Numbered from the whole stretch's first letter, positions 42,256-56,666 are shown. The stretch: 63,057 bases of DNA, filler included, from Octopus bimaculoides (GCF_001194135.2; 6 parts of 6 records of this genome joined end to end with filler, not necessarily neighbours in it), one strand, 5' to 3'. Notes: generated by a model from the sequence alone, not told the origin. Numbers and translations: made by a program.

Positions 42256-44262
42256 TAAATTCTGGACTTATCTAGCTGGAACTATCCAAACAATAGAAAT
42301 CAATTTAATTACCACGATGATCACCTCTTTCCGCGTGACATAACTAATGACCGCTTATTATTGTATGTAATGTTGTATTAAGAAAATTAATTCAAAACGA
42401 CAGAGATTACAAATGTCAAATAAAGAAATAGAATAAAATCTGAAATGATGAAATGATAAGTAATCTCCGCAAATAGGATGTTTCTCTACGTCAGTGTGTC
42501 TGTACGTCAAAAAGATGACGTCTTATTTTTGTCTTAGAGTAATAGAGAGAAAGCGCGAAGACTATGTGTGTGTACATGTCAGAGATAGCGCATGTGTGAT
42601 TTTGGTGATTCACACACCATGACATTCATTATATGTGTGTGTATGTGTGTTGACGTCATGGAAGCCGTTTTTTTTTTCGTCAAGAAATAACAAACAAATA
42701 TTGTGTTTAATCGTTTTCATTAATAAAGAGAGGTCCAAATATCACGAAACCTCATACTGCACTGCATAAAGTAAGTATGAAAATATATGATTTGATTTGA
42801 TCTAGTTTCAGCTCATGGAGCATGGCCATGCTGATGAATAAAAAAATTAAGATAAAGTATACTATTTCTGAGATATTTCAGGAACAAACAAACATCTTCT
42901 AGAGTTTTAGTATTATTAAAGCATTCTTTTATTCTTTTGTACGTTTCATCTTTGAGGCTGCATCCATGCTGGATTAGCACCAGTGTAATCACCTGTTAAT
43001 TGGCCAATTCTATAGGACTGGCTTTTGGTGAAGCGCGGAGATCGATACCACTACCCTCTTTTGAGTTTCCTGTCTTGATATTAGTTCATCTGGGATTTGT
43101 TAAAATGAGATGTCAGTGTTATTTTCATGTTTACGTAATTTAGACGATAATTTATTCATCGCACCTTGTACATACAGACAGACAGACAGACAGACAGACA
43201 TTTGAATGTTTGTATGGATATATGTATGCATGTTATTATACTCCACTCTGCATTGTTGTGCCATTCCAGAAACGTTACATTTCACAAACATTACACAATG
43301 CTTTCAGTGAACTACAAAACCCCCTTATAAACAAATCACCTGAGTAGGGCGTTCGGCAAAGGGTGAACGCCCCTACGTCGTCTTTGACAGGAGAGTACAT
43401 TATGTGTATATATGTATCTATATATGTAAGTATATATATATATATATATATATATATNNNNNNNNNNNNNNNNNNNNNNNNNNNNNNNNNNNNNNNNNNN
43501 NNNNNNNNNNNNNNNNNNNNNNNNNNNNNNNNNNNNNNNNNNNNNNNNNNNNNNNNNNNNNNNNNNNNNNNNNNNNNNNNNNNNNNNNNNNNNNNNNNNN
43601 NNNNNNNNNNNNNNNNNNNNNNNNNNNNNNNNNNNNNNNNNNNNNNNNNNNNNNNNNNNNNNNNNNNNNNNNNNNNNNNNNNNNNNNNNNNNNNNNNNNN
43701 NNNNNNNNNNNNNNNNNNNNNNNNNNNNNNNNNNNNNNNNNNNNNNNNNNGTGTGTATGTCTTTATGTATGTGGGGGTGTTTGTGGGGGTGTGAAAAATA
43801 TATATATGCATGGATCCCCTTACGCATCAGCATGAATACCACCAACACCATCACCACGACCGCCACCACCGAAAACAGGAGCACTCCCGTCCACACCCAC
43901 CCGTCACCCCCTCTCCACCACCACCACCATCACCTTCAACGCCATCTCGACCCAAACCACGTCTTATTTACGACAGACAGCCACATTGAACCCTGATCAT
44001 TGAATGATGGAAATAGCAGCGTTTTTAGTGGAGGCCATTTTATTAGATCTCCTATCAAGCATTGGCTATCGATCTTCATAGTAAACTGTGTGTAATGAAT
44101 GAACTGGTACAGAGTTTGTTACCAAACTGAGAACTTCACTGTAGACTATCTTGGCTTCTTTCCAAATGTCTTGCGGGAGGAAAGAATGGCGTTAAGTAGA
44201 ATTTGATATTACTTACACTCACATACAGACACACACACACACATGCTTTTTTATATGCACAC

Positions 44263-44300
<38 letters not shown>

Positions 44301-44447
44301 TTGTGTGTGTGTATGTGTGTGTGCGTGCGTGTGCATGCGTGTGTGTATGTGTTTGTAAACATTTTTAAATGCAATTATATGTATGTGTATGCACTTTAAT
44401 ATACACATATATATACACATGTATACATATATATATATATATACGTG

Positions 44448-44488
<41 letters not shown>

Positions 44489-45303
44489 NNNNNNNNNNNN
44501 NNNNNNNNNNNNNNNNNNNNNNNNNNNNNNNNNNNNNNNNNNNNNNNNNNNNNNNNNNNNNNNNNNNNNNNNNNNNNNNNNNNNNNNNNNNNNNNNNNNN
44601 NNNNNNNNNNNNNNNNNNNNNNNNNNNNNNNNNNNNNNNNNNNNNNNNNNNNNNNNNNNNNNNNNNNNNNNNNNNNNNNNNNNNNNNNNNNNNNNNNNNN
44701 NNNNNNNNNNNNNNNNNNNNNNNNNNNNNNNNNNNNNNNNNNNNNNNNNNNNNNNNNNNNNNNNNNNNNNNNNNNNNNNNNNNNNNNNNNNNNNNNNNNN
44801 NNNNNNNNNNNNNNNNNNNNNNNNNNNNNNNNNNNNNNNNNNNNNNNNNNNNNNNNNNNNNNNNNNNNNNNNNNNNNNNNNNNNNNNNNNNNNNNNNNNN
44901 NNNNNNNNNNNNNNNNNNNNNNNNNNNNNNNNNNNNNNNNNNNNNNNNNNNNNNNNNNNNNNNNNNNNNNNNNNNNNNNNNNNNNNNNNNNNNNNNNNNN
45001 NNNNNNNNNNNNNNNNNNNNNNNNNNNNNNNNNNNNNNNNNNNNNNNNNNNNNNNNNNNNNNNNNNNNNNNNNNNNNNNNNNNNNNNNNNNNNNNNNNNN
45101 NNNNNNNNNNNNNNNNNNNNNNNNNNNNNNNNNNNNNNNNNNNNNNNNNNNNNNNNNNNNNNNNNNNNNNNNNNNNNNNNNNNNNNNNNNNNNNNNNNNN
45201 NNNNNNNNNNNNNNNNNNNNNNNNNNNNNNNNNNNNNNNNNNNNNNNNNNNNNNNNGACGGACGGACAGACAGATAGACATACAGATATAGTTAGTTAGA
45301 TAT

Positions 45304-45339
<36 letters not shown>

Positions 45340-45926
45340 ACAAACAGATAGACAGACAGACAGACAGACAGATAGACAGACAGAGTGATAGATAGACAGA
45401 CAGACGGCCAGACAGAAAAACAGACAGACAGACAGACAGACAGACAGATATAGTTAGTAGTTAATAAATCGTATGGAAAACCCCTGGTAGCTTGCGGTTT
45501 GCGCCTCTAAGGAGGGGGCTGAAGTGTTCCCGGCTTTAAGTGTTTCGCGAACGTCCTGGCTGGAGGCGAGTTGTGTGTGCGAATGTGTCTGTATGCGTGT
45601 GTGTGTGTGTGTGTGTATTGCTTTCTTTCCTATATGTAAACGTTATATGTTTGTTTTCGAATAATCGAGATCGCCATATTTGAACTCCTGATTATTTAAG
45701 CAAACACTGCAAGTATTAAATTGATTGATAAAGTATCCGTATATTGGTATTGAACTAAATCAAGGCAGCAATCTTCTCAGAATCTATCTACAAACACTCA
45801 CCCCCACACGCACACGCGCTCAGATGCGCACACACGTGTACACATACACATACACCAAACCACACACAAACACGCATCACCATAGGTATATATACATGCA
45901 TGTGTGTGTGTATGTGTGCGCGCGCG

Positions 45927-45958
<32 letters not shown>

Positions 45959-46280
45959 TACAGAGGCACACACACACATATATATATATATGTATATATA
46001 CACATAGGCATATATATANNNNNNNNNNNNNNNNNNNNNNNNNNNNNNNNNNNNNNNNNNNNNNNNNNNNNNNNNNNNNNNNNNNNNNNNNNNNNNNNNN
46101 NNNNNNNNNNNNNNNNNNNNNNNNNNNNNNNNNNNNNNNNNNNNNNNNNNNNNNNNNNNNNNNNNNNNNNNNNNNNNNNNNNNNNNNNNNNNNNNNNNNN
46201 NNNNNNNNNNNNNNNNNNNNNNNNNNNNNNNNNNNNNNNNNNNNNNNNNNNNNNNNNNNNNNNNNNNNNNNNNNNNNNNN

Positions 46281-46627
46281 ATGCTGGAATACCGACTTTA
46301 GTTGAATTAATCGACCCCACTACTCGTTCGTTGTAAGCTTGGTACTTATTCTATAGGTCTCTTTTACCGAACTGCTAAGTTACTGGGACGTAAACACACC
46401 AATATCGGTCGTCAAGCGATGATAGGGCGAACAAACATAAACGCACAAATACACACATATATATACGACGGACTTCTTTCAGTTTCCGTCTACCAAATCC
46501 ACTTACAAGTCTTTGGTCGGTCCAAGGCTATAGTAGAAGACACCTGCCCAAGGTGTCACACAATGGGACTGAATCCGGAACCAGGTTGTTGGTAAGCATG
46601 CTTCTTACTAGAGCCACTCCTGCGCCT
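46281..46627 (-). mobile_element. tRNA-derived SINE, family B
   Basis: Aligns to 40522-40864 over its length (cttattctataggtctctttt...tttccgtctaccaaatccac...tagtagaagacacctgcccaagg). Confidence 0.8.
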
Positions 46628-46656
46628 ATGTATGTGTGTGTGTGTGTGTGTCTGTG

Positions 46657-46729
<73 letters not shown>

Positions 46730-47460
46730 GTGTGTGTGTGTGTGTGTATCTGTGTTTCTCTCCCAACACTGCTTAATGCAAAACAGACGAATATATTTCC
46801 AATCGCCTAAATCGGATTGCTTTGAAAAATACATAACGAACGGTAAAGATTTATTCATTAACGGGTAATTCAATTAAAACAATCCTTAATTTAAAAATAT
46901 ATCTTTATTGATTAATATACAGCAGGAAATAAATGATAAAGTAATTATAAATTTAATATGATTAGTAAGAAAATGAATGAATGGCGTTCTCAGAAACAAA
47001 AGGTGGTCGTTGCATTTTCTTCTGGAATTGGTGAAACAATGAGAGCAGCCAGAGACTGGGGAATTGTTTGAGAGATAAGACGATTCCTTTCTGTGTCTAT
47101 GTCACAAATAATGTTTATCTATCTAGCTAACTATCTTTCTGTCTGTCTATCTATCTATCTATATATCTATCTGCGCTACAGCAAATATTCTGTTCAATAC
47201 CTCAGATTTGCTTGTCAGTTGTTTGACCTTAAACGGTTGAGCATGTCCCTTAGAGGCTGACGATATGTGCATCCCCGATCACAAGTAGAAGTAGTGGGGG
47301 AGAATCATAGCTTTGTTCTGAGAGGAATTGTTTGAAGTTTGAATAATTCGACTCTGATGAGACGACAATGATGATGATGATGATGATGATGATGTTGACG
47401 ATGACGACGATGGCGACGACGACGAAGATGATGATAATGATGACGATGATGTCAATACTC

Positions 47461-47502
<42 letters not shown>

Positions 47503-48193
47503 GAAATGGCAACAACAATAAGAAGAAAGAAGCAAAAATAGAGAGCGTCGGACATAGGATAGAATTGTCTTGATGCAAATAACAGTAGACCTTAATTACT
47601 GGAAGGTCAGGCAATTTCTAATATTAGACGAGTTGATTTATGCAACTTAACGAGCTAAAGAGTTCAATAATCGCAGACAGCTATAAACACCTATGCCGTC
47701 ACACAGAGTCAACCCGACCGCCACATTCGGACACGCATAAAGAAAGAAGCGGAGACACAAACGCATATGTGGAAAACAAAAATGCAAACGTATACGCAAA
47801 TTGAATAAAGAAATATATATTAAAAAAAAAAGACACGTCTTTATATGTTTAAATGTCTTCAGTAATGAAAGACGAAAGTGTGATAGAATTAAAATTGGTT
47901 ATAATGTAATTCTCTTCCTTTTGTTTATACAGACCTCCCTCACTTCTACCCCCTCTTCTCATCCACAATATACACACATACATTATAGATGCGCGTATGT
48001 CCATTATACATACATACATACATATATTGATGAAGGGGATGTTTCTATGTGGCCTGCTTGTTTGTTGCACCTTGTTTACCATTTTGTCCTTGTTTTTTTG
48101 CCACGTCATATACCCAGTTATGTATCTATATGTACATGTAGATGGACGTATATACATATATGTACATATATATGCATATACTCATATATTGTT

Positions 48194-48225
<32 letters not shown>

Positions 48226-49675
48226 TATACATATATATCGTATCATGTATAAAATAATATATAATNNNNNNNNNNNNNNNNNNNNNNNNNNNNNNNNNNN
48301 NNNNNNNNNNNNNNNNNNNNNNNNNNNNNNNNNNNNNNNNNNNNNNNNNNNNNNNNNNNNNNNNNNNNNNNNNNNNNNNNNNNNNNNNNNNNNNNNNNNN
48401 NNNNNNNNNNNNNNNNNNNNNNNNNNNNNNNNNNNNNNNNNNNNNNNNNNNNNNNNNNNNNNNNNNNNNNNNNNNNNNNNNNNNNNNNNNNNNNNNNNNN
48501 NNNNNNNNNNNNNNNNNNNNNNNNNNNNNNNNNNNNNNNNNNNNNNNNNNNNNNNNNNNNNNNNNNNNNNNNNNNNNNNNNNNNNNNNNNNNNNNNNNNN
48601 NNNNNNNNNNNNNNNNNNNNNNNNNNNNNNNNNNNNNNNNNNNNNNNNNNNNNNNNNNNNNNNNNNNNNNNNNNNNNNNNNNNNNNNNNNNNNNNNNNNN
48701 NNNNNNNNNNNNNNNNNNNNNNNNNNNNNNNNNNNNNNNNNNNNNNNNNNNNNNNNNNNNNNNNNNNNNNNNNNNNNNNNNNNNNNNNNNNNNNNNNNNN
48801 NNNNNNNNNNNNNNNNNNNNNNNNNNNNNNNNNNNNNNNNNNNNNNNNNNNNNNNNNNNNNNNNNNNNNNNNNNNNNNNNNNNNNNNNNNNNNNNNNNNN
48901 NNNNNNNNNNNNNNNNNNNNNNNNNNNNNNNNNNNNNNNNNNNNNNNNNNNNNNNNNNNNNNNNNNNNNNNNNNNNNNNNNNNNNNNNNNNNNNNNNNNN
49001 NNNNNNNNNNNNNNNNNNNNNNNNNNNNNNNNNNNNNNNNNNNNNNNNNNNNNNNNNNNNNNNNNNNNNNNNNNNNNNNNNNNNNNNNNNNNNNNNNNNN
49101 NNNNNNNTGTATGTATGTGTGATCGTAAATGCGTGTGCATGTGTGTGTGAATATGTGTGTGTGTGTGAGTGCGTGTGAGTGTGTATGTGTGTGTGTGAGC
49201 GTAAATGTGAGTGCGTGTGTGGTGTGAGTGTGTGTGTGTGTGAGTGTGTGTGTGTGTGTGAGTGAGAGAGAGAGTGTAGATGTGTGTGCGTCTGTGTGTG
49301 AGCGTAAAATGTGTGGTGTGTGTTGTGTGTGTGTGTGTGTGTGCGTGTATGTGAGCGTAAATGTGTGCGTGTGTGTGTGTGTGTGTGCGTGTGTGCATGT
49401 GTGTATAATTGTAAGTACGTACAGCTATAAATACATACATACTTATCCACAGATACACACATACACACATATATACGAGTATTTATTTTTTTAAGTTTGT
49501 TGACTCAGTTTATTAGTTTCTTAATTTACTGATTCTCATGTATATATGCATACACACACACACACAAACACACAAACACACACACACACACACATATATA
49601 CATGCATACTTACAAACACATATAAGTATATGTAAATGCAATACATATATATGTATTATATGTGTGTGCATATAC

Positions 49676-49718
<43 letters not shown>

Positions 49719-49959
49719 NNNNNNNNNNNNNNNNNNNNNNNNNNNNNNNNNNNNNNNNNNNNTTAATTAATTAANNNNNNNNNNNNNNNNNNNNNNNNNN
49801 NNNNNNNNNNNNNNNNNNGGGGTTGGGGTGTGTTCAAGAGGGAAGGTCAAGTCATGCTGACTCTAGATGGGGGTCATCAACCTTGCCGCGGTTTCGAGCG
49901 ACCCCGGATTTCAAGAGACGCGTATGTAAATAAGGAATTGGTGATAAGAAGATACGCAC

Positions 49960-49990
<31 letters not shown>

Positions 49991-51644
49991 AACGCATAAA
50001 AACACACTTAAAGCACGCATACTCACACACACATATACGCAAATACATACTTCACGTACACACACACATAGAAGCACAAACATGCACACACATACGGACA
50101 AATGGAGACACACAAGCAAGTGTATACACAATCCGCCCAACAAACGCGTGCACAACACACACAAAAACAAACATACTCATATATACGAACAAAGTGTAGC
50201 AGGGACACACATATACACACGTACACACACACNNNNNNNNNNNNNNNNNNNNNNNNNNNNNNNNNNNNNNNNNNNNNNNNNNNNNNNNNNNNNNNNNNNN
50301 NNNNNNNNNNNNNNNNNNNNNNNNNNNNNNNNACATACATACATACATACATACATACATACATACATACATGTGTGCGTGCTAAGAGAAACACGCGCAC
50401 ATCGCCATATGTAAGCTAATGTATTCGGAAGAATTGAGGTAGTTGAGAGAGAAAGAGAGGGAAAAAGAAAGAGAGAAAGAAAAAACGCAGGAAAGAGAGC
50501 AGTGAAGAAAGAAAGGAAGAAAGGGAGAAAGTAGAAAAAAGAAAGACGGAAAGAAAGTAAGCGAACAGAAAGGGTGTGGTAATTATTGTGCACCCAGCAG
50601 AGAGTAATGTAGTGAGTATAGAGAGACGCTTTTGCATGTATATANNNNNNNNNNNNNNNNNNNNNNNNNNNNNNNNNNNNNNNNNNNNNNNNNNNNNNNN
50701 NNNNNNNNNNNNNNNNNNNNNNNNNNNNNNNNNNNNNNNNNNNNNNNNNNNNNNNNNNNNNNNNNNNNNNNNNNNNNNNNNNNNNNNNNNNNNNNNNNNN
50801 NNNNNNNNNNNNNNNNNNNNNNNNNNNNNNNNNNNNNNNNNNNNNNNNNNNNNNNNNNNNNNNNNNNNNNNNNNNNNNNNNNNNNNNNNNNNNNNNNNNN
50901 NNNNNNNNNNNNNNNNNNNNNNNNNNNNNNNNNNNNNNNNNNNNNNNNNNNNNNNNNNNNNNNNNNNNNNNNNNNNNNNNNNNNNNNNNNNNNNNNNNNN
51001 NNNNNNNNNNNNNNNNNNNNNNNNNNNNNNNNNNNNNNNNNNNNNNNNNNNNNNNNNNNNNNNNNNNNNNNNNNNNNNNNNNNNNNNNNNNNNNNNNNNN
51101 NNNNNNNNNNNNNNNNNNNNNNNNNNNNNNNNNNNNNNNNNNNNNNNNNNNNNNNNNNNNNNNNNNNNNNNNNNNNNNNNNNNNNNNNNNNNNNNNNNNN
51201 NNNNNNNNNNNNNNNNNNNNNNNNNNNNNNNNNNNNNNNNNNNNNNNNNNNNNNNNNNNNNNNNNNNNNNNNNNNNNNNNNNNNNNNNNNNNNNNNNNNN
51301 NNNNNNNNNNNNNNNNNNNNNNNNNNNNNNNNNNNNNNNNNNNNNNNNNNNNNNNNNNNNNNNNNNNNNNNNNNNNNNNNNNNNNNNNNNNNNNNNNNNN
51401 NNNNNNNNNNNNNNNNNNNNNNNNNNNNNNNNNNNNNNNNNNNNNNNNNNNNNNNNNNNNNNNNNNNNNNNNNNNNNNNNNNNNNNNNNNNNNNNNNNNN
51501 NNNNNNNNNNNNNNNNNNNNNNNNNNNNNNNNNNNNNNNNNNNNNNNNNNNNNNNNNNNNNNNNNNNNNNNNNNNNNNNNNNNNNNNNNNNNNNNNNNNN
51601 NNNNNNNNNNNNNNNNNNNNNNNNNNNNNNNNNNNNNNNNNNNN

Positions 51645-51744
51645 TGGAGAAGTATTTTATGGATAGAGTCTTACAGCTGTTTCTGGGAAGATCCAGTACT
51701 TCCCAGAAACAGCTGTAAGACTCTATCCATAAAATACTTCTCCA
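51645..51744. repeat. Perfect 46-bp inverted repeat with 8-nt loop; each arm carries a hammerhead-like 3' half
   Basis: Arms 51645-51690 and 51699-51744 are exact reverse complements around the loop atccagta. The right arm contains GAA-ACAGCTGT(palindrome)-A-AGACTC (51706-23). No CTGANGA half is present. Lies immediately next to an N gap. Confidence 0.85.
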
Positions 51745-52154
51745 ACCTTACCATTGCTCTCTTTATCTTTTTATTTTTATATATTTACATATACACACGC
51801 TAATATACGACTTATAATCCCCAATCCTGTTCATACAACGACTGGGGCAAACTAGTCGATATACAGCACTTACTCGGTATTACCTGTATCCTCTTGGGTT
51901 TGGTTAAATCCAATACCCTCCTCAACCATATACACATATATATACATATATATACACACATACATACATACACATATATGTATGTATGTATATATACATG
52001 TATGCTTATGTATGCATGCATTGTGGGAATGGAACGATTCTCAGGCCTCGTTGAAACCATTGGTAGACATTCAAACTCTGAATTCCTACAATAAATTTAT
52101 ATTAATGATTCCAGTTTTCTCATACTCAGAAATACTAGTAAATGATGCACCTTA

Positions 52155-52197
<43 letters not shown>

Positions 52198-52656
52198 NNN
52201 NNNNNNNTCATTATGAGGTTTTTTTCACGCTGACTACTTGATATATTCTTATAAAGAATTTTTCCTATATTATATTATATATACATATAGGTAGATAGAT
52301 ATATATAATGTTTGTATTATAACTTAGTTCACTTTGTTCTCATTCGATATGCATATACTAAGGCGGTGAGCAGAATAAAATTGCTGTCAAATATTTGTTT
52401 CATCTCTTTACCTTCTGTTTAAACGAGTGTTTAAACGCTGCCGAGATCAAGGTTGCCTTCCGCTCACCACTGCCAGGGATAAGACAAAATACCGACCTAT
52501 CATTGGGCCTATGTCATCGACTAACCGCGTCCTCAAAATTGTCGGATTTGTGCCCAAATTAGAAACCATCGGGTATATGTATGCTTATGCATCCTACCTC
52601 CTTAAGTTATGTCTACAGATATCTACATAAAAAAGAATATCTGTATGTGGACATGA

Positions 52657-52692
<36 letters not shown>

Positions 52693-52694
<2 letters not shown>

Positions 52695-52830
52695 TAGAAT
52701 TTCGCAGTACGTGTGTACCATTGTACGAGTAATTTACTGTACGAGCCGAGGCTTTTGCGAATTTTTGTCTTGAAGTACGATCGGGAATCCGCAGTACGAG
52801 CGAGTTTCAAACAAGCGATTGCTAGTTGGC
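52693..52830. mobile_element. Possible pogo/Tigger-like DNA transposon end
   Basis: Begins TA|CAGTAGAATTTCG after a (TA)n run and carries five copies of a GTACG(A) motif within about 100 bp, like subterminal repeats. No partner TIR was found. Confidence 0.35.
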
Positions 52831-53180
52831 GTTGAGCTCGCACACGCTCATGGGAAGGAATATAAGAGATGCTACACGGATAGTAGTCGAACCAAGAAAG
52901 AAAGGTCAGGCTTGGCCGAACTGTTTTAACTCAATGAGACGATTAGTACTTATAATTTTTTAAAGCCTGTTACATACACTATCAGCATTTTTTTTTACCG
53001 AATCGCTGGATAACGGGGACATGAACACAAACCGATGTCAAATGGTTGAGGGGCACACCTGAACACATACATACATACAAGATATTCACACACAAACACA
53101 CACACATATGCACATATATTTATATATTTACATACATATATATATTTAAATATATGTACATATGTATATTTGTATATATG

Positions 53181-53212
<32 letters not shown>

Positions 53213-54266
53213 NNNNNNNNNNNNNNNNNNNNNNNNNNNNNNNNNNNNNNNNNNNNNNNNNNNNNNNNNNNNNNNNNNNNNNNNNNNNNNNNNNNNNNNN
53301 NNNNNNNNNNNNNNNNNNNNNNNNNNNNNNNNNNNNNNNNNNNNNNNNNNNNNNNNNNNNNNNNNNNNNNNNNNNNNNNNNNNNNNNNNNNNNNNNNNNN
53401 NNNNNNNNNNNNNNNNNNNNNNNNNNNNNNNNNNNNNNNNNNNNNNNNNNNNNNNNNNNNNNNNNNNNNNNNNNNNNNNNNNNNNNNNNNNNNNNNNNNN
53501 NNNNNNNNNNNNNNNNNNNNNNNNNNNNNNNNNNNNNNNNNNNNNNNNNNNNNNNNNNNNNNNNNNNNNNNNNNNNNNNNNNNNNNNNNNNNNNNNNNNN
53601 NNNNNNNNNNNNNNNNNNNNNNNNNNNNNNNNNNNNNNNNNNNNNNNNNNNNNNNNNNNNNNNNNNNNNNNNNNNNNNNNNNNNNNNNNNNNNNNNNNNN
53701 NNNNNNNNNNNNNNNNNNNNNNNNNNNNNNNNNNNNNNNNNNNNNNNNNNNNNNNNNNNNNNNNGTGTGTGTGTGTGTACAAGCAGAGACAGACAGAGAG
53801 CGAGAGAGAGTAAAGACTCAAAACTCCCAGTCGATAAATATTTACGTATAAATATTTAGATATTTATATTAACAGATCAAACTTACAGAGTACAAAACGA
53901 AAGAGAAAATTAAAGGCGATGTATACATATTTTGGATATCAAACCTAAGCTGTCATATTTAATATGTTTATCCGCATAATTGCCTCTCTCTCTCTCTCTC
54001 TCTCCCCTCTCTCTCTCTCTCTCCCCTCTCTCTCTCTGTATATATATATATGTTAATGACTGACTTGGACTCAATGCAGGAGACTTTTAATAAATCTCAA
54101 AGAAAAAGATACATACATGCGTACCTACGTACTTACGTACTTATATACATCCATACACATATACAGACTTAAAAACGTACATGCATGAGAATACGTACAT
54201 AAAGCAAAACATACAAATCTGCACACATACATACATGCATACATACATACAAACATACATACATAC

Positions 54267-54297
<31 letters not shown>

Positions 54298-54460
54298 CAT
54301 ACATACAAAAATACCCAGTGGTTGATGTTTTTCAATGAAGGCGCCTTGGACCTAGGTTAGAAACCGGCTCTTTACTGTCAAGAAATCTTGAAATAAAACT
54401 GAACAATGACATACATACATACATACATACATACGTACAAGTCTGGACGGAAAGTCGCCT

Positions 54461-54522
54461 CATTCACGAACGCACAACCTCACGATCGTAAGCTCGTCGC
54501 TCTAACCACTGAGCTATGCGCC
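54461..54522 (-). mobile_element. tRNA-like SINE head (third family), not a functional tRNA
   Basis: Minus strand GGCGCATAGCTCAGTGGTTAGAGCG...GAGGTTGTGCGTTCG has A and B box-like motifs but lacks a complementary acceptor stem. The adjacent segment 54345-54410 recurs inverted at about 17290-17355. Confidence 0.55.
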
Positions 54523-54714
54523 TTCACACATACATACATACATACATACAAACAAACAAACATACATACATCATGGTTGCAATTCGATTCCGAGTCATGG
54601 CGTCGTTGGATTGTTCTCTTAATCATGAGCAGCATACATTTGGCTTTTCACTCCGCCCGTCTCCTGGCGAACATTTTTCTCCACGCTTCACAGAAGAGAA
54701 CCTCACCGCACATC

Positions 54715-54767
<53 letters not shown>

Positions 54768-54770
<3 letters not shown>

Positions 54771-54994
54771 CCTAGAACTTATTCTATCGGTCATTTTTGT
54801 CGAACCGCTAAGTTACGGGGGACGTAAATACACCAATATACGACGGGCATCTTTCACTTTCCGTCTACCAAATCCACTCAAAAGATTTTGGTCGGCTCGG
54901 GGCAAAAGTAGAAGACACTGGCCCAAGTTGACACGCAGTGGGGCTGAACCCGGAACTATGTGGCTGGGAAACAAGCTTCTTACCACAGAGCCAC
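54768..54994 (-). mobile_element. tRNA-derived SINE, family B
   Basis: Aligns to 40522-40864 with an internal deletion. Confidence 0.78.
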
Positions 54995-55824
54995 TCACGA
55001 ATTAGAAAATGTTTACTAAATTCTGACCGGAACCTGTACATATTTAAAAAAAAATGTTTATGTGGTTATATTATGCTGTTAATATCATTTCACCGCAAGA
55101 TCCATTATAAATCATGGAAACTTACTTTTTATTTCTTGTTCTTATTTTTTTCCTTTTAATACATTTTTTCGGCCAACGACATACATTAGACCGAGAAGGA
55201 GTTAATCGATAAACTAAAATAAATAGCAATTCCCATTAGAAATAGAAATTAACAATTTATAAAATAAACTAATTACTTTCATGGCGAAACAGTAAAATCT
55301 GAGAAAATTAGCGATGTTTTGCGTCAACAAAAAGTAATCTTTGTACAAATTAGCTGCAAGGCTAAATTTACGATTGCAATGCTTAATTTTTCTCAAGGCA
55401 TCTCCGCAGTGCTTTTCTATGTATTTCTTGGTTGTTCACCTTCAACTTGGTACGTTGATGTCGTTTCCTTCAGCGTTTTTCTATTCTGCTATGATTTCTT
55501 GGCAGTAAAGTTCTAAATTGAAATTTTATTNNNNNNNNNNNNNNNNNNNNNNNNNNNNNNNNNNNNNNNNNNNNNNNNNNNNNNNNNNNNNNNNNNNNNN
55601 NNNNNNNNNNNNNNNNNNNNNNNNNNNNNNNNNNNNNNNNNNNNNNNNNNNNNNNNNNNNNNNNNNNNNNNNNNNNNNNNNNNNNNNNNNNNNNNNNNNN
55701 NNNNNNNNNNNNNNNNNNNNNNNNNNNNNNNNNNNNNNNNNNNNNNNNNNNNNNNNNNNNNNNNNNNNNNNNNNNNNNNNNNNNNNNNNNNNNNNNNNNN
55801 NNNNNNNNNNNNNNNNNNNNNNNN

Positions 55825-55872
<48 letters not shown>

Positions 55873-55944
55873 GACTTGGTTAATAAATAAGACTTGGCAC
55901 TGAAGAAAGAGCGATAATTCCGGAAATACGTATATACACCCAAA

Positions 55945-56012
55945 CCAAGACACCACGCAGTGGGACCGAACCCGGGACCATGCGGCTGGGAAGCAAGCTT
56001 CTAAACGCACAG
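55945..56012 (-). mobile_element. SINE family B head fragment
   Basis: acaccacgcagtgggaccgaacccgggaccatgcggctgggaagcaagcttctaaacgcacagcc matches 40800-40864. Other family B fragments are at about 25996-26100 and 52992-53070. Confidence 0.65.
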
Positions 56013-56368
56013 CCACGCCTACGTCTACGATATCTTTTAATTCAACCCCTATTAGTTGCTTAAACTTGTCGGAATGTGGAACTGTTTCTTACATAGATCT
56101 CTGGGTAAAACCCATGTTTACAAAAGCCATCTGCTGTCGAGATCCTCTCGAAGAGGATCGTGTCATGACAGGACATGCAGGATGCACCATCTGCAAGAAT
56201 TCCTGCAAATTAAGCAGGTGTGGTCGTTATTTATACTAATACACGTTCTCACGACCAGCTGTTTACTTTCTCTGCTTCTTCTGTTGCAGTTACATCTGTT
56301 CACATGAACAAACAAGTAAAATACATACTTCCGCATATAGCTGTTTTACCACGGGTGTTGCACCATCC

Positions 56369-56438
<70 letters not shown>

Positions 56439-56666
56439 TTCTCTCTTTCCCGCCCTCTCTCTCTCTCTCTCTCTCTCTCACTTTCTCTCTCTGACTGTTT
56501 CACTCTCTCATGGTGTATGTATCTGCACTGTGGTTCGGTTCTAAACTATTCACCCGATCTTTCCTTTCACGAATTCGACACTCTGGACACACAGCTGTGC
56601 GCCATTGTAAGTCGGGTAACTGGGCCCTATGAATCCTGGAACGCGAAGGTAGTAAAACCCAGGTGT

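Noticed and set aside
49865-49915. Minus-strand GAAA-CCGCGG palindrome next to TTGATGA
   Set aside because: U16.1 is missing and there is no upstream CTGANGA or stem I partner. At best it is a fragment.
54461-54522. tRNA gene
   Set aside because: A and B boxes are present but there is no acceptor-stem complement, and the context is repetitive. It is a SINE head.
56097-56216. Cys-rich candidate exon DLWVKPMFTKAICCRDPLEEDRVMTGHAGCTICKNSCKLS
   Set aside because: The splice signals are plausible but there is no recognisable domain and the end phase does not match the EGF exon. Support is insufficient.
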